Positions 7,634 through 15,907 of a stretch of DNA of 57,853 nt are shown in pieces. The notes beneath the pieces are model-generated. The model worked only from the letters and a program-made list of their open reading frames with translations, made no database searches and was not told the origin of the DNA. Numbering within the stretch: the stretch's first letter is position 1; each line of letters opens with the position of its first letter. Source of the stretch: an uncultured Gammaproteobacteria bacterium (GTDB taxonomy: Bacteria; Patescibacteriota; Microgenomatia; Levybacterales; UBA12049); contig CAZMGC010000002.1 in NCBI GenBank assembly GCA_964565795.1, positions 1 through 57,853 of the forward strand, given 5' to 3'. The position numbers and the translations under genes are program-made.

Positions 7634-8138
7634 TAGGTCACGATTAGACTGCCATATCAATCTAATCGATGATTTTTAGCCTCAAAATCTTAAAGAACAG
7701 TGTTCGTATTTTTTTCGCAATAATAAGGTGACACGTTTAAAGAGAAAGGTATAATTCTTCAGATAATATAGATGCGATTTATTCCCGATACAGGTGAGTT
7801 CTTAAAATTACATATGTGTCTTCTACTCTAAAGACGTATGGGTCTATATAGCTGTGAAAATTACTCAAAAAACCTGTGAAATTGCGACGTCGAGGCTAAA
7901 ATTTGTACATTTTAGTCCTATAATAATTTGATGAATTACTGTATCAGACTATATCACCCTTCTATACATCAAACTATATCATTAGCCTCACTTACCCCTC
8001 TCCTCTTCCCTGTCTTCCACAGTCAAAAAAATTTTCTATTTTAGCTTCAACTTGTGGCTAACTATTTTTAATTCTGAGCCTAATAAAAATGTAATTAGTG
8101 ATTTTAAAGGCTTTATAAGCTATCTCACTTCCCTTTTT

Positions 8139-8942
8139 CTAGGTCCAAGAGGTAAATACGACTAAAACAATAAACACGAATACAGCTACCCAAATATACT
8201 CCCAAAGCACAGATTTAAATAATCTTTTCTCAAACCAAAGATGAGAAAGCCCAACAATAATGTAATAAAATCCAGTTAAGAAAAGTGATATAACGAGTGG
8301 CTTACTTGGCCAAAACCACAACAAAAATGACATTTGAGTAAGCGCTGTACTTAAAAACAATCCCCAGATTATTTCTGTTTTCGCTTTCTTTTCGAGTGTA
8401 TAAGTCCACAATGAATGGACTATTAAAAGAAAAGAATAAACGAAAATTAAAGGTAAAATTATAAAGAAACTTAACTGCGAGCTAAACACTGTATTTGTGA
8501 AAAAAGCGTATATGAAAATTGACAAAACAAATGACACTGTCCTAGCACTTGATAATAATGCAATAGTTCTAACTGATGAGATTGTGAAAATGTTTTGGCT
8601 TAAAAATGCTGAATAGAGTCCAATCGAGTAAAGAATAGTTAAAAATATTTGCACAAGAAGACGGGGCGGCAAAGAGAAGTAGAACAAACCGAATGCTAAT
8701 GTATAAAGAAAGGGTAAAATGAAAACTTGCGGTGTGAAATTACCTTTCAAATCCTTTCTAAGTGCCCAATATAAAAACCCGTTGGTAAAAAAAGCAATTA
8801 GCACTACTAAATAAATTCCTGATCTTGTCAGAAAATGTTCAACTAGAAAAAGGCAAACAGAAAGAGTTAAAACACCGACTGCAAAACGTTGTCTTTTTGT
8901 GAAAATATTCTTTTTAAGCAAAGCAGAAGTTTTAAGCTTCAT
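8139..8942 (-). CDS. polytopic membrane protein, unknown function
   Basis: About 7-8 hydrophobic helices. It sits directly downstream of yebC with no gap. Confidence 0.7.
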   Translation of the reverse strand: MKLKTSALLKKNIFTKRQRFAVGVLTLSVCLFLVEHFLTRSGIYLVVLIAFFTNGFLYWALRKDLKGNFTPQVFILPFLYTLAFGLFYFSLPPRLLVQIFLTILYSIGLYSAFLSQNIFTISSVRTIALLSSARTVSFVLSIFIYAFFTNTVFSSQLSFFIILPLIFVYSFLLIVHSLWTYTLEKKAKTEIIWGLFLSTALTQMSFLLWFWPSKPLVISLFLTGFYYIIVGLSHLWFEKRLFKSVLWEYIWVAVFVFIVLVVFTSWT

Positions 8943-9665
8943 TTAAAGACTGAGATTGGAATAAACTTTTTGAACATCATCCATATCCTCAAGCGCTGAA
9001 AGAAAATTAACAATTTTTTCTTTCTGTTCTTCCCCCACTTCAACAGTATTTTTTGGTTTTCTCGAAATTTCAGCACCTGTTACACTTAACCCCTGTGCCA
9101 TTAATCCTTCTTTTATCTTAGCTAAATCTGATACTTGAGTATATACTCCCACCTCTTCTCCTCTATCCTCTACATCTAATGCGCCCAGTTCTGCAGATAA
9201 CAAAAAAATATCGTCAAGAGATTTATCATTTTTTATAACTGTAATTTCACCTGACAGATCAAATTGATATGCAACAGCACCGGGTCCTGCGAAGCTTGCA
9301 CCTGATTTATTAAATAAACTTTTTACCTCAGAAGTTGTTCTATTAGTGTTATCTGTTACTGCTTCGACTAAAACTGATACTCCTCCTGGAGCAAATCCTT
9401 CATATGTTAATTCTGATAAATCCCCTGCTTCTTTACTGGTAGCGCGTGCAATTGCTCTTTCAATATTATCCTTTGGCATATTGGCACTTCTAGCAAGCTC
9501 AATTGCAAGCCTAAGTCTTGGATTTTGATCAGGGTCTCCTATTCCCCCACCCTGTTTCACTGCAATAGTTATTGCATTAGAAATTTTTGTAAAAGTTGCA
9601 CCACGTTTTACGTCTGCAGCCCCCTTTTGTCTTTTAATTGTTGACCATTTAGAATGTCCACTCAT
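8943..9665 (-). CDS. yebC: YebC/PmpR family DNA-binding regulator
   Basis: MSGHSKWSTIKRQKGAADVKRGATFTK... is the hallmark YebC N-terminus. Confidence 0.9.
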   Translation of the reverse strand: MSGHSKWSTIKRQKGAADVKRGATFTKISNAITIAVKQGGGIGDPDQNPRLRLAIELARSANMPKDNIERAIARATSKEAGDLSELTYEGFAPGGVSVLVEAVTDNTNRTTSEVKSLFNKSGASFAGPGAVAYQFDLSGEITVIKNDKSLDDIFLLSAELGALDVEDRGEEVGVYTQVSDLAKIKEGLMAQGLSVTGAEISRKPKNTVEVGEEQKEKIVNFLSALEDMDDVQKVYSNLSL

Positions 9666-9696
9666 AATTTAATCTTAATATTTTACCATTTGATTA

Positions 9697-9725
9697 TTGA
9701 CTTTTGCAATTTGTAATAGTAAAAT
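9697..9725 (+). promoter_or_regulatory. sigma70-type promoter
   Basis: TTGACT, 17 nt, TAAAAT, then 18 nt to ATG 9744 (a short leader with no SD). Confidence 0.5.
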
Positions 9726-9743
9726 TTTTCAATTAAATCCTCA

Positions 9744-10439
9744 ATGAAAATAACTTCAAATCTAGCCATTCAAGCAACTCTTAAAGGCAACTGGGATGAA
9801 GCTATTAAATTAAATAAATCTCTTCTCGACGAAAATCCAAAAGATGTTGAAGCACTTAACAGAATGGGACTTGCCTATACAATTTTAGGGAAAAGTAAAT
9901 CTGCTAAAAGCACTTATCAAAAAGTATTAGAAATTGATCCACTTAACTCAATCGCATTAAAAAATTTGAGTAAATTAACTTCAGACTCATCTGATGAAGA
10001 AGCAACAATTGTAATAAACATGAATAATATATTTATTGAAGAAACAGGAAAAACAAAAGTAGTTGATTTAATTAATTTAGCACAGGCAGAAGTTCTCAAT
10101 ACGCTTAGAACCGGTCAATCATTAGATTTATCAGCTAAAAGATTAAAAATTTTTATTTCTCAGGGTAAAAAATACATAGGAGTCCTACCTGATGATATAG
10201 GTAAAAGATTGATAAAGTTTTTAAACGGCGGAAACAAATATGAAGCATTTGTTAAATCATCAAATCATCAGAATGTTACTATTTTCATAAGAGAACTCAA
10301 GAGAGCAAATAAATTTAAAGATCAACCTTCATTCCTTCATGTTATTGAGAAAAAATTAAGCCTTAAAAAGGCTAGTAAAGGGAAAGGCAAGAAAAATTTG
10401 GATTACGAAGAAGATGATTCAGAAGAATCTGAAGAATGA
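9744..10439 (+). CDS. TPR-repeat protein with acidic C-terminal tail
   Basis: TPR-like AIKLNKSLLDENPKDVEALNRMGLAYTILGKSKSAKSTYQKVLEIDPLN. The tail is DYEEDDSEESEE. Confidence 0.75.
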   Translation: MKITSNLAIQATLKGNWDEAIKLNKSLLDENPKDVEALNRMGLAYTILGKSKSAKSTYQKVLEIDPLNSIALKNLSKLTSDSSDEEATIVINMNNIFIEETGKTKVVDLINLAQAEVLNTLRTGQSLDLSAKRLKIFISQGKKYIGVLPDDIGKRLIKFLNGGNKYEAFVKSSNHQNVTIFIRELKRANKFKDQPSFLHVIEKKLSLKKASKGKGKKNLDYEEDDSEESEE

Positions 10440-10573
10440 AATATTACCCTCCCCTTAGAAATATCTCTTTGCGCTTCATTTAATTCTTTTTTATTCTTCT
10501 CTTTCTTTAATGCCAAAAATGCCCAAAGAAATGATAATATCCCAATTGCAACAACCCAAATAAATATATTCAT
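10403..10573 (-). CDS. possible small membrane protein (56 aa), not in ORF track
   Basis: ATGA overlap with the stop of the upstream gene. It begins MNIFIWVVAIGILSFLWAFLALKKEK. The 3' part is antisense to the TPR gene tail, so its true extent is uncertain. Confidence 0.3.
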   Translation of the reverse strand: MNIFIWVVAIGILSFLWAFLALKKEKNKKELNEAQRDISKGRVIFHSSDSSESSSS

Positions 10574-11349
10574 TTATCTTGATCCTCACCTAATATAACA
10601 ATTATGTCTGCAATTGAACTTGTTTCGTGTTTTACTGCTTTAATATTTAGCACTTTTGATAATTTTTTTATAGTATATGACTCCTCCTGATAGTAAATTA
10701 CCGAATTCTCTAATTTATCTTTTGAAGAATTAACCAAAACTACATTTCCTCCTAAATTAGTGATGGTTTTTGCAATTTTATTTCCGAGACCTCCAATTTC
10801 AGTAGAATTGGTAACTTGAATACTGACTTTATCTCGTGAGATTGTTTCATCAATAAATTCATTTGAAGAAACCTTATTCAGCTCACTTTCCTCATCTAGG
10901 CTTAGATTTTTATGTGAAAAGTTTTCTCCTTTTACCCCAAACGAATATAGACTAAGCTTAAATAAATCTAGAACATTTAAGCTTGAATCCAGACTTCTTT
11001 TATTAAATAACATTTTCGAAAAAATACTTTTTGACTCAGACGAAAAATCAGAATTTGTTTCTACGAAGACATCTACAGGTATCGAAAACTTATCAACTAC
11101 ACTAAGGCTTTGTGCATTTTCAAGTCTTATTCCGAACTGTTCGCCGGTTTTAGGCGAAACAGTAATTATGTCTACATTTTCATCATTCAACACCGCAACC
11201 GTGAATCGATTTTTGAGATCAAACTCACTTTTTCTAATTATGTCAAAAGTCTTAAATGCGACTGAAATAATAATAATTAGGAGTATTAAGAGTCCAAAAT
11301 AAAGAGCGAGATTATAGCTCTTTATCGTCTCTTTTTTTGCTTTTCTCAT
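10570..11349 (-). CDS. LytR_C (LytR/CpsA/Psr C-terminal)-domain membrane protein
   Basis: N-terminal TM. The C-terminus VTNSTEIGGLGNKIAKTITNLGGNVVLVNS is typical of LytR_C. The start is placed at ATG 11349, which overlaps the upstream small ORF stop (TAATG). Confidence 0.65.
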   Translation of the reverse strand: MRKAKKETIKSYNLALYFGLLILLIIIISVAFKTFDIIRKSEFDLKNRFTVAVLNDENVDIITVSPKTGEQFGIRLENAQSLSVVDKFSIPVDVFVETNSDFSSESKSIFSKMLFNKRSLDSSLNVLDLFKLSLYSFGVKGENFSHKNLSLDEESELNKVSSNEFIDETISRDKVSIQVTNSTEIGGLGNKIAKTITNLGGNVVLVNSSKDKLENSVIYYQEESYTIKKLSKVLNIKAVKHETSSIADIIVILGEDQDK

Positions 11350-11483
11350 TACCAATCTTTTTTCTTTTTAGAGATCAGCTCAGGCATGACATAAGTAGGA
11401 GCATTTGAAGAAATCACTTTTCCCTCCTTACCTTTTTTTGCCTTTTTCTTTTCCCCTTTATAAAATCCACCAAATCCTGGCAT
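11349..11483 (-). CDS. small basic protein (44 aa), not in ORF track
   Basis: A strong SD (TAGGAGGTGA) lies 5-6 nt upstream of the ATG. Translation is MPGFGGFYKGEKKKAKKGKEGKVISSNAPTYVMPELISKKKKDW. It is translationally coupled to the next gene. Confidence 0.5.
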   Translation of the reverse strand: MPGFGGFYKGEKKKAKKGKEGKVISSNAPTYVMPELISKKKKDW

Positions 11484-11507
11484 ATACTCACCTCCTAATT
11501 CAGTTTA

Positions 11508-12236
11508 TCAATTTTTTGAACTTGAAATCAACTTCAAAAATCGTTTTAAATCATCTGATAATTCACTTTTATACATAACTTTCTCACCATTTTTCGGATC
11601 TAAAAATGAAATCGCTTCCGCATGAAGGAACACTCGAGGTAAAATTTTCCTATCAGAATTCGAAACTTTTCTACCACCATAAAGTGGGTCTGAAAAAATA
11701 GGATGATTTATATGCTTCAAGTGCACTCTAATTTGGTGTGTCCTACCTGTTTTTGGAAATAGTCTTACCAAAGTAAGTGTTTCTCTTTCAAATTTAAAAT
11801 AACCTTGCACTTCGTAGTTAGTAAGCGCTTCCCTGCCCCCTGCTAAAACTCCAAATCTTTTTCTATTCCAGGGTAATCTTCCCACGGGAACATTAATTTC
11901 TCCTGATTCTGGCTTAATTTCTCCATGAGAAAGCGCAAGATAACTTTTCTCAACAATTCTCTCTTTAAATTGTCTCTGAAGTTCTCTAAATGCTGTGGAA
12001 TTTTTAGCGATAATTAAAGCTCCCGATGTTTCTTTATCAAGCCTATGAACAATTCCTCCCCTATCTAAAAATTCTTGATCTGGATCTGATTTGTTAATTT
12101 TATTTTCTTTTTCAATTAAATCCTGAAGGGTTATTTCGTTAGTAGTAGTATCAGATCTATTAACAGTAATTCCTGCAGGTTTTTCGATCACTAAATAATC
12201 ATCATTTTCAAATAAAATTTTCAGATTATCTTCCAT
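11508..12236 (-). CDS. RluA-family pseudouridine synthase
   Basis: The catalytic motif HRLDKETSGALII and the C-terminal block RTHQIRVHL are present. Confidence 0.88.
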   Translation of the reverse strand: MEDNLKILFENDDYLVIEKPAGITVNRSDTTTNEITLQDLIEKENKINKSDPDQEFLDRGGIVHRLDKETSGALIIAKNSTAFRELQRQFKERIVEKSYLALSHGEIKPESGEINVPVGRLPWNRKRFGVLAGGREALTNYEVQGYFKFERETLTLVRLFPKTGRTHQIRVHLKHINHPIFSDPLYGGRKVSNSDRKILPRVFLHAEAISFLDPKNGEKVMYKSELSDDLKRFLKLISSSKN

Positions 12237-12924
12237 TTTTAATTGAAATTCTACCCGTTAATTCCTGCTTAATAATTATTCCCATCGAAATAAATAGAAT
12301 TGCTGCAAGGATAAAATTTTCCTTGTGTGTTAAAAAATAGCTGGTTCCAGGATTATCAATAGCACTTGATAGAAGTGAAATCAACGAAAAGAAAACCAAA
12401 AATAAAGCACTTATTGTTCCATCTTTTATTTCTAAAGAACTAGCTTTTGGATATAGATAAATATTTGATGCAAAAAGAATCAAAGAGTACAAAACAAACT
12501 TAACAATAGTTCCGGTTGTAAAATCCTGGGATAAAAGAAAGTAACCCAAAAAACCAAATGGCAATACGAAAATAAATGCCATCGAGAAAAAATCAAAGAC
12601 TCGGGCACGAGGAATTTTTTTTCTCCTGCAGAAGAAAAACAATGCAAATGCTCCCCCAAGAATTGCCCCTGTTATTGATAAACCCGGGAAATAAGGAAAA
12701 AGTAAAAAACCTAATGGATTTATAAAAACTGGGTCCGGATTCATTAAGACATAAAACAGACGCGAGAATAAGAGTGAAACTAAAGAGCATGCAAATACTG
12801 CATTAAAAATATCTTCGAGGGTTATATTTTTTTTAATTAAGACATAATCATCATTTGCCAAATGATAAATTCTATAAAGAAATAAAACTAAACAAACTAA
12901 TAAAACTAAAATAAAAAATTGCAT
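12226..12924 (-). CDS. polytopic membrane protein, divergent Lgt-like
   Basis: SRLFYVL...FPGLSITGAILGG...RRKK...DFF..A parallels prolipoprotein diacylglyceryl transferase blocks. The GR.GNF.N.E block is not recognisable. Confidence 0.45.
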   Translation of the reverse strand: MQFFILVLLVCLVLFLYRIYHLANDDYVLIKKNITLEDIFNAVFACSLVSLLFSRLFYVLMNPDPVFINPLGFLLFPYFPGLSITGAILGGAFALFFFCRRKKIPRARVFDFFSMAFIFVLPFGFLGYFLLSQDFTTGTIVKFVLYSLILFASNIYLYPKASSLEIKDGTISALFLVFFSLISLLSSAIDNPGTSYFLTHKENFILAAILFISMGIIIKQELTGRISIKNGR

Positions 12925-12925
12925 A

Positions 12926-14179
12926 TTATTTAAATTTAAAAATCCTCAATAACGCTATTATAATCACCGATACACCAATTAAAGTGATTACTTTTGAAAC
13001 CCCGATCAAATCCGCTAATGCTCCAACCCCTAATATGGGTACAATTGAAACAAGTCCCACTAAAGTATTAAGCGATCCATAGATTTTACCACGTTGTCTG
13101 TCAGTAGTCTCTTCTTGGATTAATGTGTTAGAAGGTACAAAAACCAGCGAAAACGCAAATCCTACTATTACGGCTAGAATTATTAATAAATGAACATCAT
13201 TTATGATCAAATGGTATGGCAGATTATTATTGATATTTTTTATCATTTCTTGAGATGTTAAAAGATATCCGTAAGGGAAAAGAAGTATTACTATTCCAAT
13301 AATTAAAAGTCCAATTTTGGCTAGGGTCTGTTTAGACTTATTGTGCCAAAAATTACCAATCGCAACTGCTCCAATACTCATTCCTACAACTGCTGGAGTT
13401 ACAAAAAGAGCAGGAAATTTTTCAACTTCTATTTTAAGAATATGCTCAGCGTATCCAGGCCCTATTACTGCAATCACAAGTATTAATGTCTGCAGGAGTG
13501 TTAGTAGAAAAAGTGAATGGTAAACTTTATCTTTCTTCGCCATAAAAGCAAATGCATCTCTAACTTCTTCGAGAATATTAATTTTTATTTTTTCTTTTGG
13601 CTGGTTAAACTTTAATCTAATAAATAATGCAAAAATTGCTGACACTGCAAAAAGAAAAGTAATTAGAATAAAAACATTCGTTTTTCCAAATAAAAGTAGT
13701 AATGGTCCAGATAATGCATAAGCAACGATTATAGAACCAAAAATCCCCATACTAAAAAGTGCATTTGCTGAAATTAAATTTTTCTTAGGAACTAAAAGCG
13801 GAATTATTGGGGTTTCTGCTGGAATAAAAAATTGAGTTATGAGAGAAATTAAAAAGCTTAGAGAATAAACTAAAAATAATTCATGTGAAATAAGAATTAA
13901 AGGAAATGCTGTGAGCGCCCTAAGAATATTTGTATAAACCAAAACATTTTTTTTATTCCATTTATCAACATATACCCCCGCGATAATTCCAAATAGAATT
14001 GAGGGCAAAGTAAATGACAGCACAACCCCAGCTACTGCTGTGTTCGATTCAGATAACTGAAACACGACAATTAAAAGAGTGAAATTAAGAAGATTCATTG
14101 CGAACTGAGAGAAAAATTCAGAAATAAGGAGATACGAAAAAGAAGGAATAGAAAGAACCTTTAAAAAGGGGTTGGCCAT
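12926..14179 (-). CDS. MFS transporter
   Basis: About 12 TM helices. The start is placed at MANPFLKVL (ATG 14179), just downstream of the efp stop, rather than at the overlapping upstream start. Confidence 0.8.
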   Translation of the reverse strand: MANPFLKVLSIPSFSYLLISEFFSQFAMNLLNFTLLIVVFQLSESNTAVAGVVLSFTLPSILFGIIAGVYVDKWNKKNVLVYTNILRALTAFPLILISHELFLVYSLSFLISLITQFFIPAETPIIPLLVPKKNLISANALFSMGIFGSIIVAYALSGPLLLLFGKTNVFILITFLFAVSAIFALFIRLKFNQPKEKIKINILEEVRDAFAFMAKKDKVYHSLFLLTLLQTLILVIAVIGPGYAEHILKIEVEKFPALFVTPAVVGMSIGAVAIGNFWHNKSKQTLAKIGLLIIGIVILLFPYGYLLTSQEMIKNINNNLPYHLIINDVHLLIILAVIVGFAFSLVFVPSNTLIQEETTDRQRGKIYGSLNTLVGLVSIVPILGVGALADLIGVSKVITLIGVSVIIIALLRIFKFK

Positions 14180-14183
14180 AAAA

Positions 14184-14744
14184 TTAATTGACTTTTTGTG
14201 AATATTCTCCGGTTCTCGTGTCAATTCGCACCTTGTCCCCTATCTTTATAAAAAGAGGCACGCGTGTTTTTAACCCATTATCGAGCGTAGCGTCCTTATA
14301 AATATTTGACGCCGAATTCCCTTTTACTCCTGGATCGGCATCAGAAATAACAAAGTCCATTTTTGGAGGAAGATTAAGAGCTAATACTTCATTATTTAAA
14401 ACTGAAACATTAAAGCTCTCCCCTTCTTTTAGATAAGCTGCGTCAGGTCCAATCAGACTCAAAGGCACAGAAATCTGCTCAAAAGAATTTGGATCCATAA
14501 AAAATGCATTCTCTGAATCTTTATATAAGTATTGAACATCTCTTTTGAAAACTTGAACGTTATTTACTTTAGCATTATTCGTAAACCCTTTTTCTGTAGT
14601 TGAACCTTGTCTGATATTTTTAACCTTTACTTTAATATTTGCGGATCCTCTACCCATTTTAATATGCTCATATGAAAGCACTTGATAAAGTTGTCCATTT
14701 TCTTCAAAAATAGTTCCAGCTCGAAGCTCTTGTACACCTATCAT
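14184..14744 (-). CDS. efp: elongation factor P
   Basis: LRAGTIFEENGQLYQVLSYEHIKMGRGSANIKVKVKN and the C-terminal KVRIDTRTGEY are typical EF-P. A GGAG SD lies upstream. Confidence 0.92.
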   Translation of the reverse strand: MIGVQELRAGTIFEENGQLYQVLSYEHIKMGRGSANIKVKVKNIRQGSTTEKGFTNNAKVNNVQVFKRDVQYLYKDSENAFFMDPNSFEQISVPLSLIGPDAAYLKEGESFNVSVLNNEVLALNLPPKMDFVISDADPGVKGNSASNIYKDATLDNGLKTRVPLFIKIGDKVRIDTRTGEYSQKVN

Positions 14745-15697
14745 TTATTTCTCCTAACTCGGATTAGCCCCGATCCGACAACAATCTGTATTCCTTTTTT
14801 TTCAATTTCATCTAAAAATAAATTTGCCCCTATTGAATCAGATGCCATATGTCCAGCGTTAATTACATTCATGTGCATTTTTTTTGCTTCTTTTAGTCCA
14901 TCTTCTGGAATATGCATGTCAACAATTGTTCCGACTCCAACCCTTGCAAGCTCTGCATAGGCTTCTTTGGAAGGATTTGTTCCGCCTGTAAAAAAGATTG
15001 CTACTTTTCCAACCCTACTCTTTGGTCCCCCAGAAACAATTTCAGGTGCATTTTTTCCTTTTGCTGCCTCCTGATATTCAGGCAGCTCCATTAAATATTC
15101 TACTATTTCATCTACGGTTTCGAATTCTCTCTTTGAAAGATAATTCTCCATAAAATGATCCCCTACATTGTCCCAGACAGTGTGTAGATTCATTAAAGGC
15201 ATATTTAAAAGTCGAGCTGTATCTGTGATTTGATTATGGTTACTAGGATGAATCTTTCTCTTAACGTCGTCCATTCTTTCCTTCATTAGGGCGTCCATGA
15301 TATTTACCGGAACACCAACTTTTGCATAACTATCTATCTGGATATCCATCACATCATGTAAAGCTGCTAGAGAAATCCCAACTGGATGATGTCCGACTAC
15401 AGCATCTATTTTCTGACCTTTTTCATTCAATCTATCTGCTAGGAGTATTTCTGTTGCATCTGGATCTATACCTACCAAAATTTTTTTAATTTGGGTTTCT
15501 CCGTCTCCGAACAGAATTCTGGTATCGGAATACGGATTTGTAAGTGTTTCTTCGTCGAAGTACTTTTTCTTTTTTGGAGAAAGTTCTGTAAACTCTTTTT
15601 TTCGCCTTTTTAATATCTCCTCTACTCTTTTTCTTCCTCTGGGATCAGCATCAATCGCCATTTGAATTGCCAAGTCGTAAATTTGTTGAAGTGTCAT
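14741..15697 (-). CDS. NIF3-like (GTP cyclohydrolase 1 type 2 family) metal-binding protein
   Basis: VVGHHP, NLHTVWDN and the GHMASD-type metal ligand blocks are present. Confidence 0.7.
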   Translation of the reverse strand: MTLQQIYDLAIQMAIDADPRGRKRVEEILKRRKKEFTELSPKKKKYFDEETLTNPYSDTRILFGDGETQIKKILVGIDPDATEILLADRLNEKGQKIDAVVGHHPVGISLAALHDVMDIQIDSYAKVGVPVNIMDALMKERMDDVKRKIHPSNHNQITDTARLLNMPLMNLHTVWDNVGDHFMENYLSKREFETVDEIVEYLMELPEYQEAAKGKNAPEIVSGGPKSRVGKVAIFFTGGTNPSKEAYAELARVGVGTIVDMHIPEDGLKEAKKMHMNVINAGHMASDSIGANLFLDEIEKKGIQIVVGSGLIRVRRNK

Positions 15698-15744
15698 AAG
15701 GGAAAGTATATAATATCTGAGGCCAAAAATAAAGATTTAAACGA

Positions 15745-15827
15745 GCCGAGGTGGCGGAATGGTATACGCGGTAGTCTCAAAAACTACTGGTCGCAAGACC
15801 TTGAGAGTTCGAGTCTCTCCCCCGGTA
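15745..15827 (+). tRNA. tRNA-Leu (anticodon CAA), type II with long variable arm; no encoded CCA
   Basis: Folded by hand. Acceptor is GCCGAGG/CCCCGGT, with one A5xC68 mismatch and G1.U72. The D stem has 3 bp. The anticodon stem is GTAGT/ACTAC with loop CTCAAAA. The variable hairpin is GGTC-GCAA-GACC. The T arm is GAGAG-TTCGAGT-CTCTC and the discriminator is A. It closely resembles E. coli tRNA-Leu. Confidence 0.9.
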
Positions 15828-15841
15828 CTAGCGGTAAACAA

Positions 15842-15880
15842 AAAAATAGACTAGCTTCCAAATTTTGCTAGTCTATTTTT
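15842..15880. terminator. bidirectional rho-independent terminator
   Basis: A 14-bp stem AAAAATAGACTAGC/GCTAGTCTATTTTT with A and T runs on both sides. It lies between the convergent tRNA and ORF 15908. Confidence 0.75.
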
Positions 15881-15907
15881 GTTTCGAAACAAAAATCCTG
15901 GAAAAAC

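Larger units (their letters stand above)
7158..8138. other. 981-bp ORF-free region rich in short repeats and hairpins
   Basis: The track lists no ORF of 60 aa or more on any frame, in an otherwise tightly packed window. It contains 8 copies of TTAGCYT, several 8-12-bp inverted repeats and a DnaA box. Confidence 0.8.

Noticed and set aside
7158-8138. A known housekeeping RNA in the 1-kb gap: RNase P RNA, tmRNA, SRP RNA, 6S RNA, an rRNA fragment or a group II intron.
   Set aside because: I could not find the hallmark strings on either strand. These are GGAAAGTCC-type RNase P CR-I, the tmRNA tRNA-like ends and tag ORF, the SRP GGAA/AGCA apical motif, and the group II GTGYG 5' end with domain V. 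This was checked by eye only; Infernal would be decisive.
15745-15827. The tRNA-Leu as a possible suppressor, or as an integration target explaining the in-frame TAA codons or the islands.
   Set aside because: The anticodon loop is CTCAAAA, giving anticodon CAA, an ordinary Leu UUG reader. The single A5xC68 acceptor mismatch is minor. No integrase or repeat of the tRNA 3' end lies nearby.
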